This document shows, piece after piece, positions 14,948 to 27,440 of a DNA stretch of 64,000 nucleotides. Both the position numbers and the translations under genes were made by a program. The DNA comes from Macrostomum hystrix (taxonomy: Eukaryota > Animalia > Platyhelminthes): contig CATNEN010000001.1 in the NCBI GenBank assembly GCA_950097015.1, positions 16,802,001-16,866,000 on the forward strand, given 5' to 3'. Every line of letters begins with the position of its first letter. Position 1 is the first letter of the stretch. The notes below the pieces were generated by a model. It was not told the origin of the DNA, made no database searches, and saw only the letters and a program-made list of their open reading frames with translations.

Positions 14948-16358
14948 GATCTTATCCTCATCAATGCACTGGAGTGTGGGATCTTATCCTCATCAATGCA
15001 CTGGAGTGTGGGATCTTATCCTCATCAATGCACTGGAGTGTGGGATCTTATCCTCATCAATGCACTGGAGTGTGGGATCTTATCCTCACCAATGCACTGG
15101 AGTGTGGGATCTTATCCTCACCAATGCACTGGAGTGTGGGATCTTATCCTCATCAATGCACTGGAGTGTGGGATCTTATCCTCACCAATGCACTGGAGTG
15201 TGGGATCTTATCCTCATCAATGCACTGGAGTGTGGGATCTTATCCCTATCCAATGTACTAGACTGTGGGATCTTATCCCTATCCAATGTACTAGACTGTG
15301 GGATCTTATCCCTATCCAATGTACTAGAGCGTGGGATCTTATCCCTATCCAATGTACTAGACTGTGGGATCTTATCCCTATCCAATGTACTAGAGCGTGG
15401 GATCTTATCCCTATCCAATGTACTAGACTGTGGGATCTTATCCCTATCCAATGTACTAGAGCGTGGGATCTTATCCCTATCCAATGTACTAGAGCGTGGG
15501 ATCTTATCCCTATCCAATGTACTAGACTGTGGGATCTTATCCCTATCCAATGTACTAGACTGTGGGATCTTATGCCTATCCAATGTACTAGACTGTGGGA
15601 TCTTATCCCTATCCAATGTACTAGACTGTGGGATCTTATCCCTATCCAATGTACTAGACTGTGGGATCTTATGCCTATCCAATGTACTAGACTGTGGGAT
15701 CTTATCCCTATCCAATGTACTAGAGCGTGGGATCTTATCCCTATCCAATGTACTAGACTGTGGGATCTTATCCCTATCCAATGTACTAGACTGTGGAATT
15801 TTATCCCTATCCAATGTACTAGACTGTGGGATCTTATCCCTATCCAATGTACTAGACTGTGGGATCTTATCCCTATCCAATGTACTAGACTGTGGAATTT
15901 TATCCCTATCCAATGTACTAGACTGTGGGATCTTATCCCTATCCAATGTACTAGACTGTGGGATCTTATCCCTATCCAATGTACTAGACTGTGGGATCTT
16001 ATCCCTATCCAATGTACTAGACTGTGGGATCTTATCCCTATCCAATGTACTAGAGCGTGGGATCTTATCCCTATCCAATGTACTAGACTGTGGAATTTTA
16101 TCCCTATCCAATGTACTAGAGCGTGGGATCTTATCCCTATCCAATGTACTAGACTGTGGGATCTTATCCCTATCCAATGTACTAGACTGTGGGATCTTAT
16201 CCCTATCCAATGTACTAGACTGTGGGATCTTATCCCTATCCAATGTACTAGAGCGTGGGATCTTATCCCTATCCAATGTACTAGACTGTGGGATCTTATC
16301 CCTATCCAATGTACTAGACTGTGGGATCTTATCCCTATCCAGTGTACTTAAGTGTGGG
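14948..16358. repeat. Bipartite minisatellite: 32-bp unit switching to a related 33-bp unit near 15235
   Basis: GGGATCTTATCCTCATCAATGCACTGGAGTGT then GGGATCTTATCCCTATCCAATGTACTAGACTGT. Confidence 0.95.
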
Positions 16359-16886
16359 ACTCCATCAATGTTTTGTATTTCTCTGCCTTATTTTGTGAAA
16401 GCTAAATCAGTGAGAATTTAGTTTGTTAACACAACAGAGCCAATTAATGAGAGTAGCCTGTTATTGCCACTAGCTAGGACACAAATTGTTGTGTAATTCG
16501 ATTAGCAACAACAATACTTAATTCTGTGATCTACAATCCACGATGTCGGAACTTGGCATTGTGATAACAAATTAACAGGGCAGTGTTTTATCACTCCCTG
16601 TTTCAGTGTGCTATTAATTCCTATCTCATTAATCCTCACACAGTGCTTAAGAGCAGTGATGAATTAGGCGCCCGGTTATTCAGCTGGGCTAAATCTAAAG
16701 GGAAATAGCTGGCACATGGTCATCAATCATGACCATCTGATTTTAATCCAAAGCCGATCACATAGAAAATCTCTAAAACTAGACCCAATCTATCTTTTGG
16801 TATTCTCTACTCAAATTCCTACTTGATAGGTTATTTTATATAGTTTTATATATAGAATTAGGGATCTAAGATTAGGGTAGGCGGCA

Positions 16887-17092
16887 AAGTGGCAGAGCGG
16901 TTAGCGCGTTTGATTCTCGCATTTTCCTGAGCTCGTTTCCACGGCCAGGCCCCATTCAACTGACGCCCTTGAGGGCCAAATTTCCAAGGTACAGTGAAAG
17001 TGTACACTGCCTGCGTACAGTATCTGTGTGCGTGTGTGCTCAGGAGTCAGCGGAAAGGGCAGAATTGCCTCCTCGCTGGCTGCAGGTCCAGG
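16887..17092 (+). mobile_element. SINE family 1, degenerate copy
   Basis: GTGGCAGAGCGG head and body homologous to the 52823 copy. Confidence 0.8.
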
Positions 17093-17705
17093 GTTTTTCA
17101 ACAGAACTCATCCAAACATGCTTATATTTATACCTGGTATATGTATGCATTAGCACATTGCACCCAGGCCTACTAAGGTTTAGATTACAACAACGAAACT
17201 TAGATTTCATTCTGAAAGACACGACTTTCACTGGATTAAGGAAGCAAAAAATTCTGCCTCCGAAGCTGGAATACAATCCGAGGACTAGGGAGCGCAAAGT
17301 AAATGGAGAGAGGCGGGAATTGGGAGATAGAACAGGCTGGGAATCCTAGGGATCTGGGATCTTCTCAGAGCACTCAGGGGCTTCTCCAGAATGTGCTATA
17401 CTCCACTCTCTATCCGACTCCCCCTCTCGCACTCAATCTATCCAATAATGAGTCTGCTAGCTTTTCAAACTGCATACTGATTTGCTCGACTCGATCAGGG
17501 CTGAAAGCAGATTAACGAATTCCACTGTTAATGAGGCCGGCCCCCTACCGGCCCCAAATTTGAGAGGAGGATGAGAGGAATCTTCGCTGATGGTCGCCGA
17601 AGTGTCAGAGAAAGAGATCTTCTGAAAAAATAATGAAAGAAAAAACACTAGGAGTAGAAAAAATGACAAGTTTAGAACGAAAACTGCCTAAAAACTGAGT
17701 AGATG

Positions 17706-17985
17706 AGTGGCAGAGCGGTATAATGAGTTTGCCTCTCGCACTTAAGTCCCTAAGTTCGATTCCGCGGCGAGGCCACATTCATTTGGGGTGCAGCCGCTGA
17801 GAGAAGGCTTGGGGGCTTGTGCAATTTACTATGAGAAAGTCAGGGCAGATGTACACAGCTGTGTGTGTGTTTGAGTGTGTGCTCAGGAGTCAGTGAAATG
17901 TGCAGAATTGTCTCCGCGCTTGTTGCGGGTCAGCTGTCACCAAATGATGTGCCATTGCCGACAGCCCTCCTGCAATCATTATTGC
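17706..17985 (+). mobile_element. SINE family 1 copy
   Basis: A box, B box GTTCGATTCC, 3' end CAGCCCTCCTGCAATCATTATT. Confidence 0.85.
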
Positions 17986-18064
17986 CTAAATGTAGTAGAA
18001 TTACCACCAGCAGCAGCAGCTGTAGTAGTTACATTAGTAATATAAGTAATTCAAAATAGCCAGC

Positions 18065-18258
18065 ATGATCAACGGCAGCACCCGCCATCGCATGGGGCTC
18101 GACGCGTCCCCCCTATGCCCCGACTGTGGCATGGAGGACACCGTCGAACACATGATCTACCAATGCCCACGCGGGGACAACTGGAGAGCTCACAGCGGCA
18201 CGCTGGCCGAGGACCTGATGCGGCCCGAGCCTCCAAGGGCCAGTGACCGGCCCTTGGT
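18065..18258 (+). mobile_element. 3'-end fragment of a non-LTR retrotransposon ORF2 (CCHC zinc knuckle)
   Basis: HRMGLDASPLCPDCGMEDTVEHMIYQCP = Cx2C-x7-H-x4-C, typical of LINE ORF2 C-termini; immediately followed by a simple-repeat tail. Confidence 0.7.
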
Positions 18259-18266
18259 CACAGCAG

Positions 18267-18320
<54 letters not shown>

Positions 18321-18855
18321 TGGCAGCAGCAGTAGTAGCAACAGCAGCAGCAACATCAACAACAACAGCAGCAGCAGCAGCAGCAGCAACAACAACAACA
18401 GCAAAAGCAGCATCTGCAACATCAGCAGCAGCAATGGCAGCAGCAGCAACACCAACAGCAGCAGCAGCAGCAATGGCAGCAGCAGCAACACCAACAGCAG
18501 CAGCAGCAGCAATGGCAGCAGCAGCAACACCAACAGCAGCAGCAGCAGCAATGGCAGCAGCAGCAACACCATCAGCAGCAGCAGCAGCAATGGCAGCAGC
18601 AGCAACACCAACAGCAGCAGCAGCAGCAATGGCAGCAGCAGCAACACTAACAGCAGCAGCAGCAGCAATGGCAGCAGCAGCAACACCAACAGCAGCAGCA
18701 GCAGCAATGGCAGCAGCAGCAACACCAACAGCAGCAGCAGCAGCAATGGCAGCAGCAGCAACACTAACAGCAGCAGCAGCAGCAATGGCAGCAGCAGCAA
18801 CACCAACAGCAGCAGCAATAGCAGCAGTTGTAGCAGTAAGAGCAGCAACAGCTGC
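18259..18855. repeat. (GCA)n-derived repeat with a 39-bp higher-order unit
   Basis: Direct reading (AAAAAMAAAATPT periodicity in the ORF track). Confidence 0.93.
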
Positions 18856-20721
18856 TCATGTGAAAGGCATAAAACTCTGCTGACTTTGTAGATGGAGGAT
18901 GCTAACAGGCCGCGCGCTGTCAGTTTGGAATACTCACACTAAAACTCTCCCAGTTCTCTATTTCTCTACCCCTCTTTCCCTTTCTCCCCCCATCGAGCTC
19001 TTACTTTCACTACGGGGCCTCGAGCCAGCTCATGGCTTTGTGTGTGTGTGTGTTTGTGTGTGTGCGAGTCCTTCGCTGTGCATTAATTAATTTTCTCCAA
19101 TAGTCGCTGCGCCAGGCTGGCTGGTTAGTTTTCAGTCGGCGGCCATCTTTCCAGGCTATAGGCCCCACTGCTTTGGTCACGGCGGTTCTGCACGACCAAA
19201 TTATTTTTCCTCTTTTCCCTCTCTCTATTTTTTCTCACAGCAGTTCTTCGCTAATAGCTGGGGCCTCGCCCTGGTTTTGATGACATGAAGCTTTTCCCAT
19301 AAAAAGTCCCAAGGAAGTTGCACATTATCAATTCTACGATAGCTAAACTTGTAGATTCAGTGTTGGGAACTTTTGTGTTCATTAATATAAAAATAGCGTA
19401 TACTGCATTTTCTAATCAAATGTAGTTTTTGAGCATTCATTTCATTTAAATGTAGATATTTTTACACTTGACGGACAATGTTTGGTATTTCCAATACCCG
19501 CTGCCACTCCAAGATGCCGATGTTTTGTGATTCTGGAAGTTGTTTCATCGGATAAAGCGGAAGATTTTAGCCCGTGTTCTCGATTTTCAAAGCGATTGGT
19601 TGAATATTTAAGTAGATATTAGGGAGAATATTATTTGCCCATCGCCTTTCTGCTAGTAATGTTTTAGATCGACGTGTGCTATACTAGGCTTTTTAACTTC
19701 CAAGAAAAGTGAAAACTCGACTTGGAGTCATCATTGGTTTCCAAGTGGGGTTTCGTGACATTCGATCGTGTGAAGTGCCACTGTGTGAGATCACCGAGAG
19801 TCGCCACTGGACTGACTGACTCAATTAAATGACTTTTCACAGCACAGCAAGAGCATTCCGAGCCCTGCTAAAACTCACGACTCTCTCACTAATCCTAGAA
19901 TTCTTCCTCATTCTTTTTACTAGGCACAAAAATTGAGTTTCAAATTTGGTGGCAATCGAGATGAGGACACTGGGAGCAGAGAGAAGAGGTGGGGTTTAGG
20001 CGCGCCGGAAACCACGAGGGCTCTAGCTTCTGTCTCTGAATTCCCAATTCTCCAGCACGCAGCGAGCCTAAAAGTATGGTCGTGGAGAGAGAGAGAGAGA
20101 GACTGGGCGACTCTGACACACTGACTGACACGCTGGTGTGTGTGGGTGTGTGTGTGTGTGTGCGTGTGTGTGGAATTGTGACTGGTAGGCACGCCGGGTT
20201 GATGAGGCTGGAAAACCTCCAGTCAAGGATATCTCATGGTTCGGGGTTGGTAGGCGAGCGGGATTGGTTTAGGGACGGTTTTCAGCGGAGTGGCAGGAGA
20301 AGGCTCAGAGAGAGAGAGAGACATACACAGGGTGCCTTCTGCTCATTTGATCATTCGGTAATCGTACACAGTTGAGAGGCCTGACTCGAGTTGCAGAAGA
20401 GGGACGGAGAGATGGAGAGAGACGGCCCAGACCGAAAGAGGGAAGCCAGATGTGGGTTGGTCATCCCGGGGCACTCGAGCCCATCCACCCCATTCATCTC
20501 CAGCCCGATTCGCATTCTCGAGTTGCCCCCTCCCCGAATTTCAGAACCTTAAATTGGATGAGGGACCCGCGGGGTTGAGGCAATTCCGCTTTGGCTCGTC
20601 TTCAAATTCCTATATTTTGTTGTTTCTTCTTCTGCAACTAGACTATGCTGGATTTTTATTGTGATTATTTACGAGCCTAAGTAACTAGATACACGATACT
20701 GTTCAGTCAGTTCTGTTTAAG

Positions 20722-21184
20722 TTGATGATGCAATTGTGCATACCGACTGCTGTGGCTGTCACTGCGGCCGCGGCTGCAGTGGCACAAGCGACCCCAGCTG
20801 CATCGGTTGCGGACGCTCAGAAGCTGCTGCTGAAAGGTGTGAATGGTTGCAACTGGCAGCAGCAGCAGCAGCAGCCGCAGAACTCACTCACTAGCAGTTG
20901 TTGCGATAGCATCTTACAGAACTGGAGTCTTTCATTGCTGACGCAGGTCTGTCGGAATCCAGCGTAGACTAGAATTTATTCACCAGTACTTCACAATGAA
21001 AATATGATAACAGTTGGCTACAAACACACCCAAAAATCCATTTCAGCCCTCAGATTTCGCACTAGCTCAGCAGCAGCAACTGCAGCAGCAGCAACTTCAG
21101 CAGCAGCAACTTCAGCAGCAGCAACTGCAGCAGCAACAACTGCAGCAGCAACAACTGCAGCAGCAACAACTGCAGCAGCAACAA

Positions 21185-21216
<32 letters not shown>

Positions 21217-24200
21217 GTCAGAATCTGAGGCGGGTAATGTCGGACCAGGCTCTCCCAGCTCTGTCAGTGGAGGCAGCGGCGGTGGCGGCGGCAGCGGTCC
21301 AAAACGGTTGCACATCAGCAACATACCGTTCAAATTTCGTGAAGCTGATCTCAGACAACTGCTGGGGGTATGTACCCTGCAGAAGGACCTTTCGGGTTTA
21401 ATTTTAGAAAGACCAGAAGGGTTTCATTGTAGAAGTACAAGAAGGGTTTCATTGTTAAAGGACCAGTAGGGTTTCATTATAGAAGGACCAGAAGGATTTC
21501 ATTGTAGAAGTACAAGAAGGGTTTCATTGTAGAAGGACCAGATGGGTTTCATTGTAGAAGGACCAGAAGGGTTTTCATTGTAGAAGTACAAGAAGGGTTT
21601 CATTGTTAAAGGACCTGTAGGGTTTCATTGTAGAAGGACCAGAAGGGTTTTCATTGTAGAAGGACCAGAAGGGTTTCATTGTAGAAGGACCAGTAGGGTT
21701 TCATTGTAGAAGGACCAGTAGGGTTTCATTGTTAAAGGACCAGTAGGGTTTCATTGTAGAAGTACAATAAGGGTTTCATTGTTAAAGGACCAGTAGGGTT
21801 TCATTGTAGAAGGACCAGAAGGGTTTTTCTAACGCAAGATGCATTGCAGTATGACAAAAAAGCTGTAGAACTACAAAAGGTAAACTAGCCAATATATTTT
21901 ATGCTTCCACCTTCAAACTGCAGCCATTCGGTCACATCCTGGACGTTGAGATCATCTTCAATGAGCGCGGCTCTAAGGTAGGCGGGTACAATTTTATTTA
22001 AAATCCATTCTATTGCAAAAAAACCTGCACTGTTCAATGAGCAGACTTTGAGAAGTAAGAATCAGGATTAGTGCGAGAAAGTGTAGCAAAAAAATCAAGG
22101 AATGTAATGCGATGACGGACCAGACTTCAACATAGTTTTGGAGAGTTCAGCCAAGGAAGATATAGAAACTGTTACAAAAGCCTAGAGTATGCATCAAACT
22201 ATCGATTTTCTTCCCGTTCCGCTCTTACACTTTGCTACAAAATGCATCTTAATTAGTAACTGCAGGCTCAGTGTCAAGCCTGCCTATATGCGAGCTACTA
22301 AAAAGTCTTCCGTGTGAAGCGGTTTTAATTTCTCCGATTTCACCTAAAGATACAATTCAGCAAAAAAATATGACAAAAATGATTGTTTTATTTTAAGGAC
22401 TTAAAATAAGGACTTTAAGGAAAATGCGCAAAGCTCTATTTAAGATATTTTTATATGCATTAACTTATTTTTAATAGTACCTAGTTATACTAAGCTATAC
22501 TTAATCAATGAAAAAGTTTTTTTTTATTTTTATACTTTCGTATGACATTTGTATGTTAATTTGTATGTTAACATTTGCATATTTTAATTTTTTAAAACTG
22601 TCCATTAAGATTTTCTGTTTTCCGAATCTATCAGAAAGTTTGTGTTGTTTTATTTTATGTGATTTAGAAATGATTAGATGAACCAAAACATCGTATAGAA
22701 TTTTCTATATTTTCCAAAGTTCATGTAGGAACTTATAGAAGTCTGTAGGTTCATAAGTCAAAACATTTTTAATTCGAAAATGTACGATTAAAATTTTCAA
22801 TTAGAAGATCGTTAAATACGACAAAATTTTTGTTTACGGCAGCCGACTTTTAATGCCGCTGGTATTTATTTGGCTAAGAAATACATTTTTTCTTTCATTC
22901 CTGCAGGAATCCAGGCCAGAGACATTGCTAAGATGTTTCAGACAATATTAGTATGTGTGTACATCTGCAGCTTGATCAAAAATTGTACTGAATGTATACT
23001 ATGGCTAAAAAATGTCCTGAAAAGGCTAATTTTTTTTCTATAGGCAAATTTGATTAATTTTCATTTGGATTGCGACCGTTTTTAACCAGGGACGCAGCTA
23101 TAATGAAACTGCCAGTAAATAATATTTTTATCATTATTAACTATTTAACTATTTTCAATCGCAATGTTGCTTTTTTCTTTGGAATTTTAGAGGAAACACG
23201 CATTTAAAGAATTAAAAGCTTGTGATTTATGCTAAATGTATGTTTTCCTTTGATTGCCAAATTAAGCATCGAATGCATCTGGATAGTAATTATAGCGCTG
23301 CCTGTTTGGTGTAGCTTGAGTTTTTTATAGCTCATTTAATTTCATTTGATTTCTACAGCTTACTATAATTTATTTTGAGGCAGAATTAGATCAGTGACTT
23401 TAATACAACAGTAAAATTGGGTATGTCCCGAAATATACAATACACTTTGTAGCTGATCAACTTTAAGTCGAAATTTTATGAAAAAATGGGACTTTAGAGA
23501 CTTTAGAGTTAGAAAGTAGAAGGTTTTGTTTAAAAAATATAAAAATGGTTATAAAAAAAATATTTTTTCTGCCACTTTTTTATAATTATGTCTGTTAAGT
23601 CTCGTCTCTTTAAAACGAACTTGATTAGGATTTTTCAGTAAATAAATATTGAAAGAAAATATAAAATAAAATCAAGCATTACCATAAAAAGTTTCTAAAT
23701 TCACTCTAAACGCATTTTGTGCATTCTAGAATGGCATTAACGTAAACTAACATTTACTTTCGTATCCTTGTCGCAAAGGGGTAAATTAATGCGCACTTTT
23801 CCGGGTTTTTACATTTACTCGTATTTCCCCAACCGTAACTTACCATTTAGAACGAAATAAAAAGTCTTTCTCCGCTTTGGTTGATGTAAAGCACAATTGC
23901 ACGTCTTTTCATAAAAGCCAATAGGTTGGTCATTTCACGGCCAGTCTTTTACGCATGTCATGACGAGAACGGACTTTTTCTCGTTCGATGTACCTCGTTT
24001 GCTCATCTTCTATCAACTATACGTCGTTAATAATCGCAATTTGTCTTAGTGTTTTCCGAGCAGCCCTGTGACCAAAGTGAGTTCCACAACCAATAAAATT
24101 TGATGATAGTAGACTAATCAAGAACGTTGTGTGGATATGGACGAGATTTAGAAGCATTTAATGTTAGACAGAAGTCTCACCTGAAACACGTGTAATTGAA

Positions 24201-25597
24201 GCTTCTCATTATTAAATGCAGGCAAACAATGTCTCCTAAAACATTTTGCTGACCGTCTCGAAATTCAATTCCATGGCTTCAACTACCTTATTCGCCCCGT
24301 GAATAACTGATTTTGTAGGTTGTGTTGCCATGCGCAGTCATGCAGCGAGTGAAAAGTTGCAAAAGGTAGAATTCGCGATGGAATATAACAAAACCTGCCT
24401 GCCCGCAATGCCTGGTTGCATTAAAAAATAAAAAAATCATGCAACTCGTAGAAAAGCGTCCCTACGCAAACTTTTTTTTGCATGAGTACAGCACTGGCAT
24501 TAAAGTTAAATGGACTTGAATATTGTACTTTAAGTTCTCAAACGTTCATATCAAAGCACAAGATTAATAATAAAGCCATTTGGATATCTCAGCATGAGCT
24601 GTGGAACTTGCAGCAAGCACCCATTAAGGTATATTTGCATCGAAACCAAACGGCAGTTGCACAACAAACAAACTTATCCCTAGATGCATGCTAACGCTTG
24701 TAAAAATTAATTGTACGCCTCATTAAAAGTCCTGGACTCGCCCAATGAGAGAAGATCCTGTTTTTTTCCAGGAAACAAATCTAGTTTAAATCAGGGCCAT
24801 AGTCGCTAATTGTTAAACCTGATTTTCAAGGCCGATATAAGCTGGTGGACATGTTAATTAAGGTACTTCTTATAAAACTATCTCTCGATGAAATTCGGTT
24901 ATTTAACTTCGCGACCCGAAAAATTTTCCGGTGTTGTCAATGAACATGATATATAAGATAATATTTAAAATTATAAACAAGATCACCTAACCAAAAATTT
25001 CCTATGCAACGTGAATTAACCTCATGCAGCATGAGTACGTCTGGCAAACCTGTGTTTATAGTCAACTGATGTCATCACTAAAATATTTGTCCCAGATGGA
25101 TTTTCCGACTTACTCAAAGCTGAACTTATGCAAATCTTAACTCAGAGAGAAGTTCTGATGACCAGGCTGGACTAGCAGTCCATTCCCATTTTCTTGCATC
25201 ATTCGTTCATTCGTAGTTTGCAATCTTACAAAAATCATGCCATTACTTTTTTTATTTAACAGACGCACGTTAAATGTCAATTATTTATTTTTTTATAAGC
25301 TGCATAGCCTCCCCTCTGATGTAAGCTCGCTCTCACACACTTGCATTTTACTGAGCATCTGAAAATTAAACGCATTGCTGACACTTACAATAGGGCTTCG
25401 GTTTTGTCACGTTTGCCAACGATTCCGACGCTAATCGGGCACGGGACAGCCTGAATGGCACTGTGGTCGAAGGACGCAAAATAGAGGTCTGCATGCACAA
25501 ATACCGACCTGTACAACTATACTGACCCCACTGCTATTAACTGCTGCTTTCCTGCTGTCTGTCTGTCTGTCTGTCTGTTCTGGGTGTCTGTTCTGGG

Positions 25598-25677
<80 letters not shown>

Positions 25678-27440
25678 AGCCTGTCTGTCTGTTCTGGGTG
25701 TCTGTCTGTCTATCTGTCTGTCTGCCTGGTCTTTTCTTCGCATGCAAAATATTTTTTATGCCTGCATTTTTTGCCGTAATTTTTCTGTTATTTGTCTACA
25801 TATTTAAAAATGTTTATAAATTCACTACTTACGTCACTATAGCAATAATATTCTCACTTGTCACTGAACCTCAATAACATTGACTGTGATTTTGTTTTGT
25901 GCACTAAAATCACTAACTTTATTTAAAGAGTTTTTTTATATTTATTGTCGTGTAATTCAACTGCATGCAGACATTTACAGAGAGGTTTCATTTAAGGTCG
26001 TGGGTTGTCTCCCTGCTTTAAAACGGTCTTTATACAGCACTTTTAAGTTATTCCGGCTTTGATTGACAGATATTTTATTTACGAAAAATTAGTTTTTGTA
26101 CTTTGGGTTTGCTCAGCTGATATTTTTGTTAAGTAACAAGCAAGAGTAACAATTTAGTTTTTCATTTTCAGGTAAACAACGCTACCGCTCGGGTGATGAC
26201 TAAGAAAAAGGAAAGCCAGGCTCAAATGAAAGGTTTGTTCATTTTTAGTTGCTTTTGGTCGCGTTAGTCAAGCAACTATGTTTAAAAAACATTTTAACTT
26301 GATCAAGTTTATATAAATTTTTATTCTGCATTTTGATTTAGTTCTTCTTCATATAAGAACAGTCTGCCCACACGGATCTTATTCATTGCAGATTATATGT
26401 TTCCATCGTGTCTAACCCATCCGATAGTACTAATTGGTGGAGGATTATAGACGTGGCCCATTCCACTCAGCCAACCTTCGAGGGCTCTGATTGGTTCAAA
26501 CTCAGAAAATTTTGCTCTCTCCAGTCAGTCTTCCCCTCCTAGTTTCCCGATTGGTTCGAGATAAGAAAAAAAGGTGTCGTCTCCATTCAATCATTCCTTC
26601 GAGGGTTCGGGTTGGTTCAAGATAGGAAAAGTCTACCCTCTCCATTCAGTCTACCCCTCCGAGCTTTCTGATTGGTTTAAGCTTAGAAAATTGTGCTCTC
26701 TCCAGTCAGTCAACCCCTTCTAGTTTCCTGATTGGTTCAAGATAAGAAAAGTGTACCATCATAATTCAGTCTACCCCTTAGAAGTTTTTTTATTCGTTTT
26801 TGTCTAAAGATCTCGGAGCTTTTTATTTTAATCTTTTTTATTAAACCTTTGCCACGTCAAACGCCATACTTGTTCAGCTCTGCCACTGCGCGCTCTGGGA
26901 CGACCTCTGGCTCTGCATACCAGCTTCCAAGCGGCATTGTCATCCGGAGCCCTGCCAATCCTGATGCCCTACGGCGCTGGATCATGCCCTACGGCACCGG
27001 CGCCGCAGATGTTCCAGATGCAGTCGGCGTCTGCAGCCGCGGCAGCCGCCGCCGCCGCCGGAGCGGCGGGCACCGCCGAGTCGCTGCAGGCAGCCTACAA
27101 CCAGGCCGCCTACGGTCAACTTCTTCAGCAGGCTGCCGCTGCGGCAGCTGCAGCCGCAGCCGCGTCTTCCTACGGGGGCAGCGCGGCGGCGGCTCAGCCT
27201 GTGGCCACCTCGATGGGCGGTGGCGGCTTCCCACGATACCTGCCAACAGCCGCTGGGGCTCCGAGCGCAGCCGATCAATTCGCAGCCGCCGCAGCCGCCG
27301 CGGCAGCTCTGGGCCTGACCCCCGCTGACCCAATGAGAGGCCTGAGCACTGCCTATGTTAATGCAAGCCCGACCGTTTATCGAGCAACTCCTGGAGCTCT
27401 GCATCAGCAGAGGTTCACACCCTACTCAAGGCCCTTCTAG
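20722..27440 (+). CDS. rbfox: RBFOX/Fox-1 family RNA-binding splicing regulator; exons 20722-20946, 21014-21367, 21924-21977, 25394-25486, 26172-26232, 26878-27440
   Basis: Spliced [27 protein letters not shown]|[18 protein letters not shown]|[31 protein letters not shown]|[12 protein letters not shown]; Ala/Tyr-rich C-terminus ending RFTPY (PY-NLS like RBFOX RFAPY); all introns GT-AG with consistent phases. Confidence 0.95.
21378..21828. repeat. ~25-bp intronic minisatellite (AGAAGGACCAGAAGGGTTTCATTGT)n
   Basis: Direct reading; fills most of the intron. Confidence 0.93.
25490..25495 (+). promoter_or_regulatory. RBFOX binding element TGCATG at +4..+9 of the 5' splice site of the 93-nt RRM exon
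   Basis: GAG|GTCTGCATGC; (U)GCAUG is the established RBFOX motif. Confidence 0.7.
25555..25730. repeat. (TGTC)n microsatellite with TTCTGGG interruptions
   Basis: Reverse complement of the motif type seen at 13042-14308. Confidence 0.93.
26455..26790. repeat. Degenerate ~60-bp tandem repeat, about 5-6 units, each with a (G)ATTGGTT-like core
   Basis: Recurring CTCTCCA(G/T)TCAGTC...GATTGGTTCAAGATAAGAAAA. Confidence 0.8.

Noticed and set aside
14948-16358. CRISPR-like array (32-33 bp periodicity)
   Set aside because: Units are head-to-tail with no unique spacers, no cas genes are present, and the context is eukaryotic
18065-18883. Poly-Ala antifreeze-like protein
   Set aside because: A LINE 3' fragment fused by chance to a (GCA)n-derived repeat
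22050-25060. DNA transposon in the long AT-rich RBFOX intron (GGCAAACCTG end near 25050)
   Set aside because: I found no matching left terminal inverted repeat, TSD or transposase remnant
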